This document shows, piece by piece, positions 38,300-47,338 of a DNA stretch of 64,000 bases (position 1 is the stretch's first letter; every line of letters starts with the position of its first letter). The notes beneath the pieces are model-generated. The model was not told where the DNA came from. It saw only the letters and a program-made list of their open reading frames with translations, and made no database searches. This DNA comes from Candidatus Kaelpia imicola (GTDB taxonomy: Bacteria; Omnitrophota; Gorgyraeia; Kaelpiales; Kaelpiaceae), in NCBI GenBank assembly GCA_030765505.1, contig JAVCCL010000019.1, positions 3,516 through 67,515 on the forward strand. Reading direction: 5' to 3'. The position numbers were made by a program, and so were the translations under genes.

Positions 38300-39138
38300 G
38301 AAGCATGACTGGTTTTGGTAAAGGGAGTGATAGGAGTGAGAAGTGCTCGTGCTACTGCGAGATAAAGAGTGTTAACCACAGATATTTGGAGATTAACACT
38401 AAGATGTCAGATGAGTTTTCAAGGCTGGAGTTAGAGACGAAAAGAATTATTAAAAATCAGGTTACCCGCGGGGCAGTCTATCTCAATCTCAGCTTTGTCT
38501 ATGAGGAGGGTATGAACCTTAAAGTCAACAACCGTCTATTTAGCAAACTTCTCAGACTTGAAAAAGAGATTGAATCCAAACATGGCATAGCACAACCTCT
38601 CAATATCCATTATATCTTAAGTTATCCCGGGGTTGTAAAACAAGCCCGTCCTGATATCTCCTCGGCTGAAAAGAGAAAGCTTATCATTAAAGCTCTTAAG
38701 AATGCGTTAGATTCATTGATGATTAGCAGAGATAGAGAGGGCGGGGCACTGCAGAAAGATTTATTTGTCTGTTTAAACAAGATAGAGAAGAGTCTTCAAG
38801 TTGTAGGTTCAGTAGAGAAAACAAGAGAAGAGGCTCTTTCAAAAAAGATGCAGAGAGAAGCAGTTCGAATACAGCATGCTCAGAGTACGGCGTCTCTGCC
38901 GGCACTTGCTTCTGTTAATGAAGAGGTTGTACGCCTTAAGACCCACCTTAAGACCCTTCGCAAGCTTATAAGTAAAGGCGGGGTTGTAGGTAGAGAGCTA
39001 GATTTTTTAGCCCAAGAGATGAATCGAGAGGCCAACACCATATCAGCAAAAGCACTCTCTTCCAAGACAGCCTGTTTTATCGTACAGATCAAGGCTGAAA
39101 TTGAGAAGATAAGAGAGCAGTCTTTGAATATTGAATAG
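38272..39138 (+). CDS. yicC: YicC/YloC family endoribonuclease
   Basis: SMTGFG, IKSVNHRYLE, GRELDFLAQEMNREANT, EKIREQ..NIE. Confidence 0.93.
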   Translation: MGTKNRNRIRSMTGFGKGSDRSEKCSCYCEIKSVNHRYLEINTKMSDEFSRLELETKRIIKNQVTRGAVYLNLSFVYEEGMNLKVNNRLFSKLLRLEKEIESKHGIAQPLNIHYILSYPGVVKQARPDISSAEKRKLIIKALKNALDSLMISRDREGGALQKDLFVCLNKIEKSLQVVGSVEKTREEALSKKMQREAVRIQHAQSTASLPALASVNEEVVRLKTHLKTLRKLISKGGVVGRELDFLAQEMNREANTISAKALSSKTACFIVQIKAEIEKIREQSLNIE

Positions 39139-39152
39139 GGGAGGTCTAAAAG

Positions 39153-39386
39153 ATGAAGGCTTTAAATGTTGGGTATAGCAATACGGTATCTTTGGATAAA
39201 ATAGTTGCCGTGATAAATGCGGATTCTAAGCCTGCGCGCAGATTAAAAGAACGGGCAGAAAAAGAGGCCAGACTTGTAGATGCTACTAGCGGACGGAAGA
39301 CAAGGTCCTGTCTTATAACCAGCAGTAACCATATAATACTCTCGTCTTTAAATACTCAGACACTCTCACAGCGTATTAATGAATAG
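39153..39386 (+). CDS. remA: RemA / DUF370 family protein
   Basis: LNVGYSNTV...IVAVI..DSKP.RR..LVDATSGRKTRS..HIILS. Confidence 0.88.
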   Translation: MKALNVGYSNTVSLDKIVAVINADSKPARRLKERAEKEARLVDATSGRKTRSCLITSSNHIILSSLNTQTLSQRINE

Positions 39387-39948
39387 AGAAGCCAAGCTGT
39401 TTATTATCTCCGGTCCTTCCGGTGTGGGTAAGACTACGATTGCTCAGAAGCTCTTTCAGGAAGTCGAAGGATTAGTCGGGAGTATATCTTGTACAACAAG
39501 AGAGAGAAGAGGGGCGGAGAGAGACGGTATAGATTATAGGTTTATCAGCAGCGGCAAATTTCAAGACCTTATTAAAGAGGGTGCTTTTCTTGAATGGGCC
39601 GGAATATTGGAGAGTCTCTACGGGACGCTGAGAGATGATATAGAGGCGCAAATAGCTGCGGGCAATGATGTTTTGCTCTGTATAGACGTACAGGGAGCTG
39701 CGCAGGTTCTTAAGGAAAAACCTGATACGGTAGCGATATTTATAATGCCGCCCAACATAGAAGAGCTGCGGATTAGACTGCTTAATAGAGGGGAGAGCGA
39801 AGGGGAGATAGAGAGGCGAATAGATTTGGCCAAAAAAGAGATAGAGAGGGTCTCTCACTATCACCGCGTTGTTTATAATGATGTTTTACATAAAGCCGTA
39901 GATTTGGTAAAATCTATAGTTTATGCAGAACGTCAAAAAATGGTATAG
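39379..39948 (+). CDS. gmk: Guanylate kinase
   Basis: SGPSGVGKTT, SCTTR, DGIDYRF, FLEWA, YGT, IDVQGA. Confidence 0.96.
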   Translation: MNREAKLFIISGPSGVGKTTIAQKLFQEVEGLVGSISCTTRERRGAERDGIDYRFISSGKFQDLIKEGAFLEWAGILESLYGTLRDDIEAQIAAGNDVLLCIDVQGAAQVLKEKPDTVAIFIMPPNIEELRIRLLNRGESEGEIERRIDLAKKEIERVSHYHRVVYNDVLHKAVDLVKSIVYAERQKMV

Positions 39949-39970
39949 ATAACCAGAAGGAGGAGTTGAG

Positions 39971-40165
39971 ATGTCTTATGTAAAATTGGATGATGTAAGA
40001 AGAAATATAGAGAGCATCTATAAAGCCACTATTATAGCAGCACAGAGAGCTGTAGAGGTATCCGAGGCTATGGCTAATCAGAAATTGGTTACAAAGCAGA
40101 AGCCGACAACTTTTGCTATTCATGAACTTCAGGAAGGAAAGCTTAAATACAAAAAAGTAGGATGA
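39971..40165 (+). CDS. rpoZ: RNA polymerase omega subunit
   Basis: SIYKATIIAAQRA..KPTTFAIHEL..GKL; gmk-rpoZ-coaBC synteny. Confidence 0.88.
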   Translation: MSYVKLDDVRRNIESIYKATIIAAQRAVEVSEAMANQKLVTKQKPTTFAIHELQEGKLKYKKVG

Positions 40166-40683
40166 AAACCGTTTTATTGGGAGTAACAGGCAGTATTGCA
40201 AGCTATAAAGCGGCTGATATAGCTTCTAAATTAACGCAGCAGGACTATAAAGTTTATACGCTGTTGACGGAGAACGCAAAGAGATTTATTACTCCGCTTA
40301 CGTTTGAAGCACTGACAGGCCAAGAGGTCTTTGATGATATGTTTAAGGAGCGTCAGACTCATATATCTTTGGCAGGAGAGGCTGACTTAATTCTTGTTGC
40401 ACCTGCTTCGGCCTGCTTTATATCCAAACTTGCTTCGGGGATTGTCTCTGAATTGCTGCAGCTAACCATAATATCTTCTTCAGCACCTGTGTTGATATGT
40501 CCCGCCATGAATGAAAATATGTACCGCAACCCGATTATAAAAGAGAATATTGCAAAATTAAAAGGATACGGCTATAACTTTTTAGATCCTGGCAAAGGAT
40601 GGCTAAGCTGCGGACATACCGGGGAGGGCCGGCTCTCTGACACAAAAGATATCTTAAAGAAATCTTTAGAATTGCTAAGATGA
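40162..40683 (+). CDS. coaC: Phosphopantothenoylcysteine decarboxylase (stand-alone CoaC)
   Basis: GVTGSIASYK, HISLA..ADLILVAPAS, PAMNENM, LSCGHTGEGR. Confidence 0.92.
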   Translation: MKTVLLGVTGSIASYKAADIASKLTQQDYKVYTLLTENAKRFITPLTFEALTGQEVFDDMFKERQTHISLAGEADLILVAPASACFISKLASGIVSELLQLTIISSSAPVLICPAMNENMYRNPIIKENIAKLKGYGYNFLDPGKGWLSCGHTGEGRLSDTKDILKKSLELLR

Positions 40684-41324
40684 ATCTTCTTATCTCTTTT
40701 GGTCCCCTTAAAGCATATATTGATGATGTCCGCTGCATAACTAATAACTCTAGCGGTATTATGGGCTATAGTCTTGCCAGAGAAGCTCTGCGGCGTAAAT
40801 ATAATGTAAAGGCTGTAGCAGGACCGACAAATTTGCAGCCGCTTAAAGGGTTAAAAGATTGGCTTGGAGTTGAAAGCTATTCTGACCTTAAAAAGGCGAT
40901 GGAGAGGGAGTTTCAATGGGCGGATATTATTATTATGGGCACTGCTGTCTGCGACTTTGTACCCCTTAGAAAGAAGAGCGGTAAGATTAAAAGATCTAAT
41001 GCGGGTTTAAACTTGCAGCTAAAATCGACCAGCAGTATAATAGGCTCCCTTTCTAAAAAGAGAGGACGTAAGAGGAAGCTTTTGGTTGGGTTCTCTCTGG
41101 AGAGTGAACATTTTATAGCCCGTGCTATTGATAAACGCAGCAGAGATGATTTAGATATGACCTTGGCGTTTTATCTAAATAAAGATAGTATGCCTTACGG
41201 GGATAATCATTGTGAGCCTGCATTGGTAGCAAGAGACTTTATAATTAAAATGCCTGTTCTAAGTAAAGCTGTTTTAGCAGGATATGTATTAGATGTTTTA
41301 GATAAGCTTAGTATGAAAAAATAA
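40680..41324 (+). CDS. coaB: Phosphopantothenate--cysteine ligase (stand-alone CoaB)
   Basis: IDDVRCITNNSSGIMG, AVCDF, GKIKR, LVGFSLE. Confidence 0.88.
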   Translation: MNLLISFGPLKAYIDDVRCITNNSSGIMGYSLAREALRRKYNVKAVAGPTNLQPLKGLKDWLGVESYSDLKKAMEREFQWADIIIMGTAVCDFVPLRKKSGKIKRSNAGLNLQLKSTSSIIGSLSKKRGRKRKLLVGFSLESEHFIARAIDKRSRDDLDMTLAFYLNKDSMPYGDNHCEPALVARDFIIKMPVLSKAVLAGYVLDVLDKLSMKK

Positions 41325-41325
41325 T

Positions 41326-41400
41326 GGCGGCGTAGCCAAGTAGAAAGGCAGTGGTCTGCAAAACCACCATTCAGCGGTGCAAATCCGCTCGCCGCCTCCA
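41326..41400 (+). tRNA. tRNA-Cys (GCA)
   Basis: GGCGGCG acceptor / CGCCGCC-T-CCA; anticodon arm GTGGT-CTGCAAA-ACCAC. Confidence 0.92.
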
Positions 41401-41482
41401 GGATAATTGAGATAGAGCCTGCAGGTGACAAATAGGGCTTTATTTGATACCATATTTAATTAAGTGAGCTAAGATGAATTTT

Positions 41483-41568
41483 GCCGGGATGGCGGAATTG
41501 GCAGACGCATCGGACTTAAAATCCGATGTTCCGTGAGGGACGTGCCGGTTCAAGTCCGGCTCCCGGCA
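41483..41568 (+). tRNA. tRNA-Leu (TAA)
   Basis: GCCGGGATGGCGGAATTGGCAGACGC, TCGGA-CTTAAAA-TCCGA, long variable arm, GGTTCAAGTCC. Confidence 0.95.
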
Positions 41569-41637
41569 TGTTAATCCCCCAAGAGTCAAAATTAATCTTT
41601 CTTTTATATGTACATCTTAAACATTTTTTAAAACAAT

Positions 41638-41666
41638 TTGACAACATTGCAATCCTGTGGTATATT
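41638..41666 (+). promoter_or_regulatory. Sigma70 promoter of orphan gene
   Basis: TTGACA-17 bp-TATATT with extended TG. Confidence 0.7.
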
Positions 41667-41722
41667 TTCTACATGTTGAAGCGAAAAGGAAGAATTAACT
41701 GTCAAAATAAGGAGGTAGCAAG

Positions 41723-42181
41723 ATGAAGAAGTTAGTTTTGTTTGGTCTGGTAGTTGGATTGCTTGGAATCACACCTTTGTTTGCAGCAGTAATAGAAGAG
41801 GGGCCAGCTTGTTTAAGTACTGGGAATATTGTGCCATTCAAAACCGGTTCTCTGGTAGAATATATGAGAAGTAAGCTGGAGCCAGTAAGTTTAGAGAGAA
41901 TAGAGGAAATAAAAACAGCATTAAAAGTGAAAAAACAATTAGAGCCCTATAAAATGGATATAGGAGTAGAGCCGATAAGAGGGTTGCTCTCACATTATAT
42001 TAGCTATAGAGATTCATTGAATTCAGAAGATACGCTGCCAATGAATACTTTCAATATAATAATGGCGAAATTATTTCTTGGATTACCGTTAAATCCTGAT
42101 GATTTAGGTAGATATATAATGGATCTAGGTTTTAAGCCAAGAGATGAACAGATAGTTGGAGGTTTAGAGCTGACAGAGTAA
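41723..42181 (+). CDS. Hypothetical secreted protein
   Basis: AAGGAGG RBS, signal peptide MKKLVLFGLVVGLLGITPLFA. Confidence 0.75.
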   Translation: MKKLVLFGLVVGLLGITPLFAAVIEEGPACLSTGNIVPFKTGSLVEYMRSKLEPVSLERIEEIKTALKVKKQLEPYKMDIGVEPIRGLLSHYISYRDSLNSEDTLPMNTFNIIMAKLFLGLPLNPDDLGRYIMDLGFKPRDEQIVGGLELTE

Positions 42182-42208
42182 GAAAGCAAACAATATCTTT
42201 GTTAGATT

Positions 42209-42241
42209 AAAAGTCCGTTAATTTTTTAGCGGACTTTTTTT
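42209..42241 (+). terminator. Intrinsic terminator
   Basis: AAAAGTCCGTTAA-loop-TTAGCGGACTTTT followed by T tract. Confidence 0.75.
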
Positions 42242-42406
42242 AATTTAAACTTTCTAAATACTGTAAGTATTAATAACAAGGAATAGATTGTTGTTATCAG
42301 GGGTATACAGTTTGTCTGAGTATTACAAGTGAATAGGCTTTCTTTTTTCTTAAATTTATACTAAAATACCTTTCAAAATAAGATTTGCGTTATACTAGTA
42401 TATATT

Positions 42407-42483
42407 GGGCGGTTAGCTCAGTTGGCTAGAGCGCCACGTTGACATCGTGGAGGTCACAGGTTCAAGTCCTGTACCGCCCACCA
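42407..42483 (+). tRNA. tRNA-Val (GAC)
   Basis: GGGCGGTTAGCTCAGTTGGCTAGAGCG, CCACG-TTGACAT-CGTGG, GGTTCAAGTCC, CCA end. Confidence 0.96.
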
Positions 42484-42515
42484 TATTGGGAAAGGATAGA
42501 AAAGTTATAAATATT

Positions 42516-44237
42516 ATGGAAGAGAAGCTTTTAAAAATTCGCCACAGCAGTGCCCATATAATGGCTGATGCCGTGCAGCAGTTATTTCCGGCTGCCAAGC
42601 TGGGCATCGGTCCGGCCATTGAAAATGGGTTCTATTATGATTTTGATTTAGAGCATAGATTGACTCCGGAGGATCTTGAAAAGATTGAGAGAAAGATGAA
42701 AGAGATTATAAATAACAATTATCTTTTTACGCAGAGTTCTCTATCTAAAGAGGAAGCCCAAAAACTATTTAAAGACAGAGGGGAAGATTACAAGCTGGAG
42801 CTATTAGGTGAGCTGGAAGACAGCGAGATAACTATCTATAGACATGGAGACTTTAGCGACCTTTGCAAGGGTCCTCACGTTAAAAGTACATCTGAGCTAA
42901 AAGCATTTAAGCTGCTTTCAATAGCGGGTGCTTACTGGAGAGGAGAAGAATCTAATAAGATGCTGCAGCGTATATATGGTGCTGCTTTTGCAACTAGAGA
43001 GGAGCTGGAAGAATATCTTGAGAGATTAAAACAGGCTGAAGCCAGAGACCATCGTAAGCTGGGCAGAGAGCTCAAGCTTTTTACCTTTTTTCCTCAAGCC
43101 GGGGCCGGGCTTGTTTTCTATCTTCCTAAAGGGTGGATATTAAAAAAGACAATAGAAGACTATGTATTTAAAAAACATATTCAGGCAGGGTATAAGATTA
43201 TTCAAACCCCCCAAATATTAAAAGCTGATATTTGGAAGCAGTCCGGGCATTATGATTATTACAAAGAGCATATGTATATATTCCAAAGCGATGGAGTGGA
43301 ATATGCAATTAAACCGATGAACTGTCCGGGTCATATAATGATATATCAGTCACAGCGGCATAGCTATAGGGAGCTACCGCTTCGCTTCTTTGAAGCAGGG
43401 ACAGTATATAGACATGAGAAGACCGGAGTTTTACATGGTCTGCTGCGCGTACGGGGTTTTACCCAGGATGATGCTCATATTTTCTGTCGGGAGGATCAGC
43501 TTGAAAATGAGATAGAGACTGTTATCAAATTTACGCAGGATATTATGCTGGACTTTGGGTTTGAAGAGTTCAAAATAGAACTCAGCACCCGCCCTAAAGA
43601 TTCAATCGGCACAGATGAGCAGTGGCAGAAAGCCACCGTTGCTCTTGAAAATCCGCTTAAAGGGATGGGTCTTGATTATGAAACTTGTGCTGAAGAGGGT
43701 GCGTTCTATGGTCCTAAGATAGATATCAAACTTAAAGATGCTATAGGCAGGTTATGGCAATGTGCTACTATTCAATGCGATTTTGCAGGGCCGGAAAGAT
43801 TTGATCTAACTTATATCGGAGAGGACGGGGGAGAGCATTGTACTATAATGCTGCATAGAGCCATTCTTGGAAGCTTGGAACGTTTTATCGGTACTTTAAT
43901 AGAGCATTACGGCGGGGATTTTCCTCTCTGGTTAGCCCCGGAACAGGTAAGGCTGCTGCCGGTCTCTAAAAAATTTCTTGCATATATGGTAAAATTGGAG
44001 AGAATATTAGAACAACAAGGAATAAGAGTTACAATAGATTCCAGGCCTGAAACGCTTGGTTATAAGATAAGAGAAGCAGAGATAGAGAAGATCCCGTATA
44101 TCTTAGTAGCCGGAGGGAGAGAGGAGGCTACCGGAGCAGTTTCAGTGCGGTCTCGTAAGGGAAAAGAGGAGAGTACTATGGAGATGGATATGTTAATAAC
44201 TAAATTAAAGGAAGAGATAGGTGGCAAAAACTTATAA
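42516..44237 (+). CDS. thrS: Threonine--tRNA ligase (lacks N-terminal TGS domain)
   Basis: Start re-called at MEEKLL (the ORF-track start lies inside tRNA-Val); RHSSAH, DLCKGPH, RDHRKLG, KPMNCP, FYGPKID. Confidence 0.97.
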   Translation: MEEKLLKIRHSSAHIMADAVQQLFPAAKLGIGPAIENGFYYDFDLEHRLTPEDLEKIERKMKEIINNNYLFTQSSLSKEEAQKLFKDRGEDYKLELLGELEDSEITIYRHGDFSDLCKGPHVKSTSELKAFKLLSIAGAYWRGEESNKMLQRIYGAAFATREELEEYLERLKQAEARDHRKLGRELKLFTFFPQAGAGLVFYLPKGWILKKTIEDYVFKKHIQAGYKIIQTPQILKADIWKQSGHYDYYKEHMYIFQSDGVEYAIKPMNCPGHIMIYQSQRHSYRELPLRFFEAGTVYRHEKTGVLHGLLRVRGFTQDDAHIFCREDQLENEIETVIKFTQDIMLDFGFEEFKIELSTRPKDSIGTDEQWQKATVALENPLKGMGLDYETCAEEGAFYGPKIDIKLKDAIGRLWQCATIQCDFAGPERFDLTYIGEDGGEHCTIMLHRAILGSLERFIGTLIEHYGGDFPLWLAPEQVRLLPVSKKFLAYMVKLERILEQQGIRVTIDSRPETLGYKIREAEIEKIPYILVAGGREEATGAVSVRSRKGKEESTMEMDMLITKLKEEIGGKNL

Positions 44238-44769
44238 TAATAGAAATTTTAATAACAGAAGGCGTATCAGGATAAACATTAATAGGTTTATTAGAGCAGA
44301 GCGAATACGGGTTATAGATTCGGATGGAACGCAGATTGGTATCGTGCCTTTAGAAGAGGGGCTGAAGATTGCTCAGCAGAGAGAGTTAGATTTAGTAGAG
44401 ATTTCAGCAGGGGCTTCACCGCCGGTCTGCAGAGTAATGGATTTTAACAAATATAAATATCAACAAGAGAAGAGGGCCAAAGAGGCCAAAAAGAGACAGA
44501 AACAGGTGCATTTTAAAGAGGTTAGATTTAAACCCAGGATAGAAGAGCATGACTATCAGGTTATTCTTAAAAGAGTCCGTAAATTTTTAGAACGGGGAGA
44601 TCGTGTTCGAATAAGAGTTTTCTTTAGAGGAAGAGAGATGGCCCATCCTGAGTTAGGCGATAATGTGATGAAAAAATTACTTGGCGATATTGAAGATATA
44701 ACAACCGTAGAGAAACCGCCTTCTCGCGAAGGTAGGTATCTGATAACTATTTTATTTCCGAAGCATTAG
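44221..44769 (+). CDS. infC: Translation initiation factor IF-3
   Basis: IRVID..GIV, LDLVEI..PPVCRVMD, KEVRFKPRIEEHD, FRGRE. Confidence 0.96.
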   Translation: MAKTYNNRNFNNRRRIRININRFIRAERIRVIDSDGTQIGIVPLEEGLKIAQQRELDLVEISAGASPPVCRVMDFNKYKYQQEKRAKEAKKRQKQVHFKEVRFKPRIEEHDYQVILKRVRKFLERGDRVRIRVFFRGREMAHPELGDNVMKKLLGDIEDITTVEKPPSREGRYLITILFPKH

Positions 44770-44779
44770 GAGACTTACG

Positions 44780-44977
44780 ATGCCTAAAATGAAAACAAAG
44801 AAGGCAGTTAAGAAAAGAATTAGACTAACCGGGGGAGGAAAGCTTAAAAGGGCTAAAGCTGGTAAGAGTCATCTTATGAGAAAGAAGCGCTCCAAGAGGC
44901 GGTTATCTTTGAAAGAAGGCTCTTATGTGAGTGATGCCGAAGCTAAAAAAGTGAAAAAGATGCTCCCGTATGGTTGA
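44780..44977 (+). CDS. rpmI: 50S ribosomal protein L35
   Basis: MPKMKTKKAVKKR..TGGGK..KSH. Confidence 0.96.
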   Translation: MPKMKTKKAVKKRIRLTGGGKLKRAKAGKSHLMRKKRSKRRLSLKEGSYVSDAEAKKVKKMLPYG

Positions 44978-44999
44978 AGTTAAAAGGAGGTAGTAAATT

Positions 45000-45356
45000 A
45001 TGGTAAGAGTAAAACGTGCGCCTGCCAGAAAAAAAAGGCACAATAAAATTTTAAAGATGGCCAAAGGCTATCGCGGCGGACGCGGGAAACTTTACAGAAC
45101 AGCGCTGGAGACTGTCAGAAGGGCTCTGGTCTATAGCTATAGAGACAGAAAAGTAAGAAAAAGAATATTTCGCAGGCTCTGGATAAATAGAGTATCGATA
45201 GCCTGTAAGAACGAAGATTTTTCTTACAGTAAGCTGATTAATGGTTTAACTAAAGCAGGGGTACAGCTTAACAGAAAACAGCTATCAGAGATGGCTCTAG
45301 ATGATAGGGAAGGTTTCAGGCAGATAGTCTCCTTAGCCAGAGAACATATTGGCTGA
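45000..45356 (+). CDS. rplT: 50S ribosomal protein L20
   Basis: MVRVK..AKGYRGGR..YRDRK.RKR.FRRLWI.R..LNRK. Confidence 0.97.
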   Translation: MVRVKRAPARKKRHNKILKMAKGYRGGRGKLYRTALETVRRALVYSYRDRKVRKRIFRRLWINRVSIACKNEDFSYSKLINGLTKAGVQLNRKQLSEMALDDREGFRQIVSLAREHIG

Positions 45357-46654
45357 TGCAGATAAAACCTGCAAGGATAATAATTCTCAGCTTTCTCTCA
45401 GTCATAATTGCAGGGACATTATTGTTTCTGTTGCCTGCCTCAACCTCTCAGCAGATATCCCTTATCGATGCTCTCTTTACAGCGACTTCTGCAACCTGTG
45501 TTACAGGGCTTATTGTTAATGATACCGGTTCTTTTTTTACTCCTTTAGGGCAGGGTATTATTATGCTGCTTTTTCAACTCGGCGGACTGGGTATTATGAC
45601 TTTCTCTACAATATTTGCTCTTATGCTGGGTAGGCGTATAACGATCACAGGACGTAAGACTCTCTCTCTGGCTTTTGAAAATATAGAGTTTGACATTAAA
45701 CTGCTTCTCAAGGGTATCATTGTCTTTACTATATTAATAGAGCTGCTGGGGGCCTGCCTGTTTAAGCTGTTCTTGCCCGGGATAGGAGTATTTAGTGCTC
45801 TCTTCCATTCTACGTCAGCATTCTGCAATGCTGGTTTCTCTCTTTTTGAGACAAGTTTTCAAAAGTTCCGCTCTTCGGAAAGCATCAATATTCTGATGAC
45901 AACTTTAATTATTGCCGGCGGTCTTGGTTTTTTGGTACTCTTTGACCTTGCGTGTTGGGCGAAGGGCAAAATTTTAAAGAGGGAAAGCAGATTAACTTTA
46001 CATAGCAAGATTGTTATTGCCGTAAGTCTGATATTGATTCTTACAGGTATCTCTTTTCTTTTCATAGCCGAAGGAGATCATCTTTTTTCAGAATATTCTT
46101 TTTCCGAAAAATGTTTTGCTTCTTATTTTCAATCTGTTACAGCGCGTACAGCAGGTTTTAATACAGTAGAGATTGGAAGTCTTCAAAAAAGCTCCAAGTT
46201 AATGCTCGGTGCTCTTATGTTTATCGGGGCTTCTCCGGGTTCTACCGGAGGGGGAATAAAAACGGTTACTTTTGCTCTGATTGTCTTAGGGCTCATAGCA
46301 CTGCTTAGAGGAAGCGCACAGATAAGAATTGCAAAACGCGCTATATCAATGCAGGTTTTTGAGAAGGCAATTGTAATCTTTGTCTTAAGTGTTGTCTGGA
46401 TTTTTTTTGCAACTACGATACTCTCTATAACAGAGAGTAGGAGTTTTCTAGATGTGCTGTTTGAGGTTGTCTCTGCTTTTGGAACAGTAGGGCTCTCCTG
46501 CGGTATTACTGCTGGTTTGACCACAGTAGGCAAATTGATTATAATTTTAACTATGTTTTTCGGAAGGATTGGCCCAATGACTTTGGCTATTGCTCTCGCA
46601 AGGTGCGAGGAAGTGGATTTTAAACTTCCGGAAGAGAATGTCATGGTCGGCTAA
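45356..46654 (+). CDS. ktrB: Ktr/Trk potassium uptake membrane subunit
   Basis: TSATCVTGL, SAFCNAGFS, TARTAGFNT, PGSTGGGIK, SAFGTVGLS. Confidence 0.93.
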   Translation: MQIKPARIIILSFLSVIIAGTLLFLLPASTSQQISLIDALFTATSATCVTGLIVNDTGSFFTPLGQGIIMLLFQLGGLGIMTFSTIFALMLGRRITITGRKTLSLAFENIEFDIKLLLKGIIVFTILIELLGACLFKLFLPGIGVFSALFHSTSAFCNAGFSLFETSFQKFRSSESINILMTTLIIAGGLGFLVLFDLACWAKGKILKRESRLTLHSKIVIAVSLILILTGISFLFIAEGDHLFSEYSFSEKCFASYFQSVTARTAGFNTVEIGSLQKSSKLMLGALMFIGASPGSTGGGIKTVTFALIVLGLIALLRGSAQIRIAKRAISMQVFEKAIVIFVLSVVWIFFATTILSITESRSFLDVLFEVVSAFGTVGLSCGITAGLTTVGKLIIILTMFFGRIGPMTLAIALARCEEVDFKLPEENVMVG

Positions 46655-46675
46655 GTTGACTATATAACTAGGAGA

Positions 46676-47338
46676 TTGGTAATTATGAGACAGTATGCTG
46701 TGATAGGGCTTGGTAAGTTTGGCCGAAGCGTTGCTCTGACTCTTCTTGAAGATGGTGAAGAGGTAATAGGTATTGATTCCAATGAAGAGGTTGTAAAACA
46801 GCTTGCAGATAGACTGACGAATACTGTTGCAGTTGATGCTGCCAGCGAGAAAGCACTTACAAAATTAGGCATTCAGGATGTCGATGTTGCAATTGTCTCC
46901 GTTGGAAGTGATTTTGAGGCTAGCATCTTAATTACCCTTCTTCTAAAAGAGCTGGGCATTAAAGAGATTGTAGTCAAAGCAAACTTAGAAGGACAGGTAA
47001 AAGTTTTGGAGAAAATAGGGGCTACCAGAGTTATTCAGCCCGAGAGAGATATGGGTATACGGCTTGCAAAATCACTATCCTCTCCGCGTATCATAGACCA
47101 TATTGAACTCTCCAGCGATTATAGCCTTTTAGAGATGTCTCCTCCCGAGGATTTTGTCGGTAAATCTTTAGGTGAACTGGATATCAGGGCACGGCACGGC
47201 TTGAATGTTATTGCGCTTAAACATGAAGGAGGCGAAGTAGATATATCTCCTCAGGCAGATCATTTGATAAAGAGAGGAGATCTCCTTGTGGTTATAGGTC
47301 AGAATGCTGATATAGAGAAGGTTAAGAAGAAAGCATGA
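46676..47338 (+). CDS. ktrA: Ktr/Trk potassium uptake RCK subunit
   Basis: VIGLGKFG, LEKIGA..VIQPERDMG, TrkA-C domain. Confidence 0.93.
   Translation: MVIMRQYAVIGLGKFGRSVALTLLEDGEEVIGIDSNEEVVKQLADRLTNTVAVDAASEKALTKLGIQDVDVAIVSVGSDFEASILITLLLKELGIKEIVVKANLEGQVKVLEKIGATRVIQPERDMGIRLAKSLSSPRIIDHIELSSDYSLLEMSPPEDFVGKSLGELDIRARHGLNVIALKHEGGEVDISPQADHLIKRGDLLVVIGQNADIEKVKKKA

Noticed and set aside
40162-41324. coaBC as a frameshifted pseudogene
   Set aside because: Clean domain boundary with ATGA coupling and a proper CoaB N-terminus; separate coaC and coaB genes are known
41526-41726. 66-aa ORF and other ORFs over tRNAs (41207-41431, 42413-42619, thrS extension from 42447)
   Set aside because: Overlap tRNA genes; spurious translations
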